This document shows positions 54,997-64,000 of a stretch of 64,000 nt of DNA, in pieces. This DNA is from Octopus vulgaris (lineage: Eukaryota). The position numbers and the translations under genes were made by a program. The notes below the pieces were generated by a model. It made no database searches, was not told the origin of the DNA, and saw only the letters and a program-made list of their open reading frames with translations. The DNA lies in assembly GCA_951406725.2 (NCBI GenBank), contig OX597821.1, positions 37,634,001 through 37,698,000 on the forward strand. Reading direction: 5' to 3'. Within the stretch, counting starts at the first letter, position 1, and each line of letters starts with the position of its first letter.

Positions 54997-57264
54997 TGTC
55001 CTGCATGTGCACGTGGGTGATGCGGAAAGAGAATTACTCACACATCCGCACGTCTATACTGATTGTTCTGTTTCTTTGTTCACTGTCCTACGTGTCCTGT
55101 CTTGTTCTAACAAACTGAACAAACAGACTGCTGTTCATGCTGTCTTTCTTTCGCTTCAACGTTTGGTTTGAAAAGAGACATACGTCTGCATACACTAATT
55201 TCATCAAAATCTCCTTACATAGACTATATTATAATGCACAACTTTCCCAGTTTAAATTGGGCTTCACTGAAAACTAATTTTCCTCACAGAAAAAGAAGAA
55301 AAAAACCCCCTCCAAACCTTTCCCTGTCCATCCCAAATCCATCCACCGATTTCTCTGCCCATCCTAAAACCATCCACCGATTATAGTACATGAAGCGTGC
55401 ATCAATGTCTGCACGATTTTCCCATCATTTGAATAATCGTTTTCTTTTAATTGTTGTAGCAGAAGTTAGGCATATATTAATAATTAAGCCTGTCTTTGTT
55501 AATTAAACAAAATTATTTTAACGGAAATTAACACGAGTTAGGTTTGAACTAGAAAATGCTCTTTTCAGTTTCTCAGATATCTTTCTACAATTTATTTTAG
55601 ATTGGCAGAAAGTTAATTGTATCGAACACACTGTATTATTGATACGATTTGTAATCAGGAGAGAAAACTAAAGAAGTTGAAACGAAATATTATACACCCA
55701 ATTCACCAACCTACTTTTACCAACATTCAACTCCGTCGCCATTGTTCCTTTTATAAGCAGAAACTCACACATTTGTAAGAGACTGGATTAGATCGTATTA
55801 ACTGTAGTACATACTTAGCGCTTAATTTATCAGTCCTAAAGACTGAGAGACCACATAAGTCTTATTTAACTTTTGAACATAAAACACAAAAGCAAAGGTG
55901 TAGCATGGGCGAAGTCACAGCGGCGGTTGACACCGGGTACAAGATTTAAAAATAATGATAAAAAAATAGTAATAATAATTATAAAAACAAAGTATTTCCT
56001 CTTCGCCGAAATATATGACTCCCCCGCCCCCTGGCACTGTCAACCCTTGAAGGGAAGATTAGTGAAAACCTTTTACTCGACGTCCCTAACGTTTCTCTTG
56101 AACAACGTTACCATATTACGTCGATGATGATGATAATGATTAAGTTGTATACAGTATAAAGACGTGGAAGATATTTCTATTTGATCAACTTTCTACGAAT
56201 GTGTTTTAGAAGTGATATCAATGATCTGTATTAAAAGAACACTAGATACGATGTTAGTTTAAGAAATGAAAGATAAAGTTTCTAGTGGTTTAGAATATAA
56301 GATATAAAAGAGCAGTGAATAATTTTCACGGGATTTGTCATTACCTGTAAACAGCAATAAAAGCAAACTTCTATTCAGCTAACATAGATTTCTATTCAGC
56401 CAACGGTAACCACACAACATCGCCTGCAATTAGCGTTAGTTTTCTTTGGCTTTGATTGTAAGCACTTAAGAAATTTCATGGCGTCATCTAATATGTAAAC
56501 AATGGCTGTTAAGGAAATGTAAACTTCGATTATTGTTTCTTTGCAGTCATTCTTATTGGCATGTATTAGATGGTTATTGATTAGTGCGGCTGGGAAGGGC
56601 ATGATCAATACGAAGGCTTTTGACTAAAATAGGTGAGGTTTTCGACTTCATAAAATGTATTTCTCGTGGGTAACAGAAATTACTAAGAGTTGCAACTGCA
56701 GTCTGATTAAAAAGTCATGAAGCATAGCCGTGTGAATAGAGACTGTGTTGACGTATAGACCGAAATATTAAATTTTCATACCTTATTTTCGAGTCGCTAG
56801 CAGAGCACTTTATTCCGCTTGCTCAGTATACATAAAAATAGATGATGATGACATTTCCGCAAGTCAGCTGATTTTAAACATAAATAAATATTATTTTATA
56901 ATTAAAACGCATCCGCCGAGGACAACACCCCACAAGTATCCTTCAAGTCATTTTCTTTAGTAATGATAAAAGCGGTGTAAGGTCAGGCATTCATCAACAT
57001 TTGGCAACATATACAGATATAACAGTGTGTGATTGTTGAATACAATGTGAGATGAGGGAGAAATACTTTTATAATAGTGTACTTTGCGGCTTTAGTAACG
57101 CATTTATCTTCTTAAATAAGCAGTCATTCTAAACGGTGCCACAACTATTTCAACTACATACATTTAGCCACCATAACAATTTTGTTTTAATCAAATTATA
57201 TATTTGCAGTGTGTTAGCATTTTTTTACTAGTTTAACTGCTACTCAACTTCAAAGGCGCCTTCT

Positions 57265-57313
<49 letters not shown>

Positions 57314-57783
57314 TGTGTGTATGTGTGTGTGTGTGTGTGTATTTTGTTAGTCAGTTAATCCTTACTTAGCAGTTCCATTTCTATCCATATTTCAGGATAT
57401 GATGAATAGCTCTGACGAAAAGAATATCAAAAACGTTTCAGATATGAGGAAATTGATTCCAATGTGTCAAATTTTAGAAGAGAGGGAGTGAGAGATAGTA
57501 TAGGAGAAAGAAAGAAAGGCAGAGAAACAGAGAGAGAAGGAGTAGAGAGAGAGGGAAACAGAAAATTACGTAAAAATGATTTTTGGAAAGAGATAGCTGT
57601 TAAACATGAGAAGCCGTGTTCGGATAACGGAAACCTTATAAAAACGGTCGGAAGCATTTTGTTGGAAGAAGCTCGACTAACTCTGACAATATTGACTTGA
57701 AGTAGCTCAGGAAACATTTCCAAATCTATTTGAATACTGAGTGATGTAAATAAACTGAGTTATTTAACGTTTAAGATATATTC

Positions 57784-57846
57784 ACATTTCAGATATAATC
57801 AACATTTCAGATATAATCAACATTCACATATAATCAACATTTCAGA
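57784..57846. repeat. 18-bp minisatellite, about 3.5 copies
   Basis: ACATTTCAGATATAATCA repeated. Confidence 0.85.
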
Positions 57847-58029
57847 AGTGTTTTGAAACGTTGATATTTTTGAAAAGTGGTCGCTATGTTCCCGCCACAT
57901 GAGAAATCTTCCACAAGTTAAATTCTCTCTGGAACTTTTGATTCTACATTTCGAAATCCAACTGCATTTGGTAGAGTTCTGATTTTTCTCGATTTACTGT
58001 TGTCGATCTCCTGACTTTGAGAGAGTCTG

Positions 58030-58088
<59 letters not shown>

Positions 58089-58244
58089 CGTCGTAAGAAA
58101 TTTGAAAAGCTAAACGCGAAACCGGTCTTTCTTCTAAACTATGTCATTGTAAGAAAAATTTTTTTAATATTCTTCAGACATATTGACGCAAATATATATA
58201 TTTTTTAACCTTTAAGCCTTCTGTAGTTTTTTCACTTTTTACTA

Positions 58245-58354
<110 letters not shown>

Positions 58355-61300
58355 ACAACAATATAAATGAGAACTAAAACAAATTTAAAGATTACGAAGA
58401 TTCCACCATGGGTAAATAAGAATGTAAACACATTTTTTTTAACCTACACTCTGGCTTTCTAATATACTCACATGCACGCACACACAGTCATACTTATGCA
58501 TTCATACATAAATACGTACATATGTCTGTGCAAGTAAATATATGTATGCAATACGTATGTGGTCTTTTCTTAATTGAGTTCTTACTTAGGGGGAGTTGTT
58601 TTTAAAAAGGAAACAAAGGCCTGTCACTTGAATTTGAATAACAATAGAGATGAATTTTAAAACACTGAACTTTAGTAAAGTCTTGCATATTTTTTCTGTT
58701 CTGCTTTCAGATTGTTTTCGTAAAGTGCCTTTTAGATGGTTACTCTCTTTGAAAACCCTGGCTTTTCTAGATTGCTACTTAAAAGGTTTTACAAACATAA
58801 TAGAGTACACTAAATAAAAACATAATTTCTAATCAGAAGAGAGTAGTTGTAGATTTTGAAACAGTTGTTCTTAGATATACTCTTACTGGTTTCGGAGGAG
58901 ATGTTCACATTTCGTGGACAGGATTTGTCTATTTTTGTCCCAAATATAGTTTGTTTGAACTTGGAAGAAGCTTTGAGGAGAATGTTTCGTTGCTAACCTG
59001 TATTTAACAACAGCGTCATTATATGTATCACAGGGCAGTGTTTCCAATGATTTGTATTATATCTTGTTTTAACTGCAAAATCGTATCGCAATGGAAGGGA
59101 ATAACTTGACATTTTTTGGCAGTTAATACTATCATCATTATGCTTTTTGCGTTAATACTATCATCATTCTCAAGTTTACAGGAAGCACCCATGTATAACC
59201 ATTTGTGGTATGCAGAGTATTGCTCTTCAGGATTTTTTTGAAGTACACTAATCTTGCAACTCGGTGCACATAAGAAGTCATCGCAAGGTGAATACTTTTT
59301 GAAGAGTTCCCCGGTTTATATGTTCTCTTCATTTTTGAGCACTTGCTGTTGTTCATCAGATATTAGGTGAAACCATTCGGCACTCAAATGATATAGAAAA
59401 TGACTTGGCTTAAGATGCCTTAGAGTAGGGTCGAGTTTGTTTATTCTGAAGTTGGTGTCAGACACTTAGTTATTTGAACCAAAACCATCAATAAGCAATC
59501 ATTACCGTCTAAACCATCGGTTTGCTAGTCAGGCTTTGTCTTTTTATTGGTGGTTTGAAGAGATCAATGATTCTGTTTTGTATTTACCTGTGAGGAGACA
59601 CTTACACTAATAGTTGTAGTAAAGACCGCAGATCATCAACTGTGGCAAAAATTAATCTCAACAGGATAAGTTCTTTAACAATGGTCAAAATGAGGATGCA
59701 CACGCATATATTGTAAGTTTGTGGGGTGTAGGGGTGTGTATATAAACACGCGTGAACGCGCGCACACACACACACACTTTCTCATTCTCTTTATTCTTTC
59801 TTCCTCCCCATCTCTATAAACTCATATTTATCTCTCCATGACGAACAAAAAATAAATGCCTAAGAATCTATTGGATAGTCAATTCATTAAATTTTAGAAA
59901 TTTGTTTAGAAACAACTGAATTGAAATGCCTACCCCCTCCCCTCAGCCCCAATATTTACAGTCTTAAGTTTAAGTTTGATTTTAACAAGAATCATTTCCA
60001 TGAATCCTGGTAATTCAGAACTGAAAATATTTGTCAAAATATTTTTGGATTTTACTTGAAACAGTAACAATTATAAAACTTGGTTACCGCTCACGCTTAA
60101 TTTATGAATTCCATCGAATTGTTTTCTACTCAAGCTTGTTCAAATCTTAGCACTGTGAATAACAACTCTATAACTCGTGAGGAGTTTCTAGAAACGGAGG
60201 CGCCAACACATCAAACTGTTTTATGATTAATTTTCCTTTCAATGCGGAAATTGAATTTTCACTGAAATTAAGTTCTACTGATAATTATCTCCCTCTTTTA
60301 TCGTTCTCAATTGCCGCTAACGAAGGAATAGTACAAAGCCTTTTCTTCTCCTGCAGCTAAGAGGCAAATACAGTCCATTAAGAATGCAATGGCTACCTCA
60401 TTTAGGATAGCATAATTACCTGTATATTCTAGAACAAAACTAATCTGAAAATATTTCCAGACAAAGGAATCAAGATGTTTTATACAGGAATCAACACAAC
60501 ACTAGTGACACGTCGCGAAGACATACTTCACTGAAAGAATCGTCATTTAATCTATAAAGTTATTCCAGATTCATAATAAAAATAAAAAAAAACTGGTTGG
60601 TAATTTATTTCAACTGGTGTCAATTTATGTATAACGGAATGCAGGGTAACAGTTCAGTTCTAACTGCGGTTAAAATTTCATTTTGTTTGTCTCACTTGGA
60701 GGTGTTTAGTCACCAAGTTGTTATTCGAGTTTGAAATTCCTTTTTCATATCCTACAGTGATTTCCCACTCAAATTACTAATGCTGCACGGCAAGCAACAT
60801 GAAACATCAGTGATATTTTAGGCTCCCACTTCACCACAAGTGGTCGTTATTAAAGAAATCAATAAGGATATAGAATTCCGTCGCTCCCTCCCTGTGAATG
60901 ATGCACAGGAAAAATTACTCAGAATCCCCGAGATAATTCTACCAATAATTTTTTGACCAAATTCGTCATAAATAGATTCAAGAAAGTTGGTACATTAATA
61001 AAGTTTCAACAACTTTATATTCCTCTGTACTAAATATTTGGGACGAGACATTGTTTATAAGTTGACTGTGATAGATGTAGAGAAAAAAATTAGTTGATTG
61101 AAAAAATTAAAATGGTAACTCTTAACCTTATTTAGTCAAATTTTAAAATGAAAAACTAATTCCTCACTTTCATGCAAAGCAAACGAAATCACTAGAATTA
61201 CAAATTGCTTCTAATTAATATACAATTGCCAAATCTTTTCTCCAATCACGTTTTAACTTACAATTTATATTTTTACTAAATTTATTCATTGAATTATCTG

Positions 61301-61379
61301 TTCCTACGAAGCTGAATTCTGCCGCCTTTGAAGAATTTAAGTACGTAACGTTTATGGAGAATTGTGTCGACGAAACAAT

Positions 61380-61416
<37 letters not shown>

Positions 61417-61785
61417 CAAATAAAATTATTGAAATATGCACCTTTATAAAGGAATTGACTAAAAATCAAAATAGAATTTCAGTGAGGTTTAAAGTGTTTA
61501 AATAATGAAAGGACTGTGCTGTAGAATCTGAATGGGAGTGTCTTGAACAAAAGTGAATAGCAGTGGAATGGTTGATGCCCTCTTATATAATCTATCTAAA
61601 ATATAGTACAACTTCCCTTTAGCAAAACTTCTACAATTTGACTTCAACTACGTTCATTTCACTCTTGAATTTGTCATTCGTGATTTTGTTGTAGCTGATA
61701 ATACTTCTGGGCTTAATCGTGCAAGAGGTTCAGGTATATGCTTACATATAATATATGTCTGTATGTTTGTATTTTTATGCACGTA

Positions 61786-61846
<61 letters not shown>

Positions 61847-62305
61847 ATAGGCGTGTGTTTGATTTAAGAAGCGCTAAATTAGAAATATAAAGCAATTCAG
61901 TTTTCTCAATTTCAGCCAAATATCATTCCAATTTAAAGGAAGTTTTCAGAAAGGAACCTTTTCGATAATATAGTTCGAAATTCACTCTTCCTTATGGAAA
62001 TAAAAACAGAGTAGTGACGGCTTCAATGCATTTAATACTAGGTTTCCCCCAACAATGGCCGACATGAGTCTGGGACTAAATAATAATCATATTCCTCTGA
62101 CTGCTAAGTCCCAGTCAAATTATGAATCACAGTAACAGGACATTCTAAAATACTGACTGCAATCTTCATTTAATAAATAAAGGCTGATAATTAGTTTCAA
62201 AATGAAAATTAATCTCATCATTAATTACGTTTTTCATTAGAATTACCCTATTTGTTTTAAAGTAACCTACTTTTATCAAATTATCGAATTGTATACATCC
62301 TGTAT

Positions 62306-62351
<46 letters not shown>

Positions 62352-63216
62352 TTTAATACTTCATCTCTTAAATTTTTTAAATATATATAAATGGTGCGAA
62401 CGCAAGAAAAAAAAACTATGAATCTGAAATAAAATATAGTTTGTTGTGTCTGTGGATTTAGTTATGGGTATAGCAAGGCTGAGTATTCCTGGAACCTGTA
62501 AACTTTGGTCTCCTATTTTGAAATGTATTTCTCAGTTAGCAGCCATGAAAGTTACATTGAGTATAAAAACCTCTTCTCTCATGAATCGACCAGTCAAAAT
62601 AGTAACCTGAGGCATTAATTTTGTCAACATCATTACATCTAGTATTATTACATAACAATATTAAACGTGTAATATCTAGTACTGTTATATAACGGTTCTA
62701 AATATTGCAAGTTTTGTACCGTTAGGTAATGATACCAGCTATTTAAGGCTTCCGTATAGGATTATGGGATGATGGCCCTTATTTTGGACAGAAATCGCAG
62801 AAGTCCAACAAGTTCCAGAGCATTTCAGAATTCAACAGCTGACCTGACAGTCTCTACGAAGTATATATGTTTGCAGTCCCCTGAAATGCAGTCCCAGAAC
62901 TTGTTCTTTGTGGTGTTGTTGATATTATTGCCCTTTCATGTAAACACACTAATAGCTCTCACGATTGAAGCTTTTGAAAGACTCTTGTACTTTTCTCCAT
63001 AGGAAGCAGAAATTTCTGTACTAATTAAAGATGAAATTAAACAAACGTATATATAATTGCAAAAGATTTTCCCCACTAAAACTGTCGTCTGCTCAGAATT
63101 GGAAAGAAAAGAAGTGTTCGGTTGATTCTGGATAGTTTCGGCTTCAATGTTGAGTGGTCGGCATATAAATGTGGAAGGTAGAAAGGAGGGAGGCGGGAAC
63201 GGAAATGGGAGAGAGG

Positions 63217-63262
<46 letters not shown>

Positions 63263-63969
63263 GAGAGGGAGAGAGAGGTTTCTTTCCCTACAGTTCAGTG
63301 TTTCTCCATCCGCTATTTTACTTGAACGTCCTCACTTTTACCATCCACCGCCATTTGTACTATCGTCCATTCACAGACGATTAGAGTCAAGTTCAATTTT
63401 CCAAATAATAAGACGTTTCCAATGTAATCATTATCTTGTAGTTCATATATATTACCTATCATTTTGTAACTAGATATATTTTCTTCGCCTCTTTTTCCTG
63501 ACAATAAACACATATTCTATTAGTTTGAAATGTTTTACAATAAAGCATGGACAACCCCCGCCAGCGTTGTTCCTGATATATCTACATAAATTATAGAAAT
63601 TGAATGAAATTACTTTCACTCCTCGTGAATAATATTGGCTGTTAGTTGTTTGAACCAATTGTAAACAATTACCAGTGCCACGCGCGGTGTCGACAAACAG
63701 GACTCGGAATACATGCATATAAAATACTTGATTCAACGCCTGACATTATACAAAGAAACGTTCACAGTACCTCGAATAATTAAAAACTAGTGACTACTTC
63801 TGAACTGAATCTGACTCAACGCGCAAAATATCATAGCTGAAAGCTTTCAGTCATCACTCTTAGCAATCCCTCCCTCCCCTTCTCTCTTTATGCTTACATT
63901 ATATATGTGTATATATATATGTGTGTGTGTGTGTGTACGTATGTGTATATATAGTATGTGTGTGTACGT

Positions 63970-64000
63970 ATTCTCTTTTATTCAGTCATTTGACTGCGGC
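63970..64000 (-). mobile_element. SINE family A tail, runs off the window
   Basis: TTCAGTCATTTGACTGCGGC. Confidence 0.65.

Noticed and set aside
62769-63002. Non-repetitive 77-aa ORF as a host exon
   Set aside because: No recognisable domain and no supported splice structure.

Overview
AT-rich, microsatellite-saturated eukaryotic DNA with no recognisable host protein-coding exon. The repeat repertoire strongly resembles an Octopus (cephalopod) genome; this is inferred from recalled repeat families and was not verified by search. Almost all ORFs in the track are artefacts of (TA)n, (CA)n, (TCTG)n and similar repeats. The real content is mobile DNA: three or four tRNA-derived SINE families, decayed Tc1, DUF4817-type mariner and Chapaev3-like transposons, piggyBac- and Tigger-type MITEs, non-autonomous Helitrons, an R4/Dong-like LINE 3' end and Penelope-like (PLE) relics. 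The main discovery is at 48333-49242: a tandem array of a 352-bp non-coding, highly structured monomer. It carries a perfect type I hammerhead ribozyme on the minus strand (48543-48587), ends in a 90-bp inversion and sits inside (TA)n, which is the architecture of a non-LTR retrozyme (a template for self-cleaving circular RNA). Three more degenerate PLE-type hammerheads occur at about 42215, 44268 and 53659. One lies downstream of a tRNA-like Pol III promoter inside a GIY-YIG Penelope relic.
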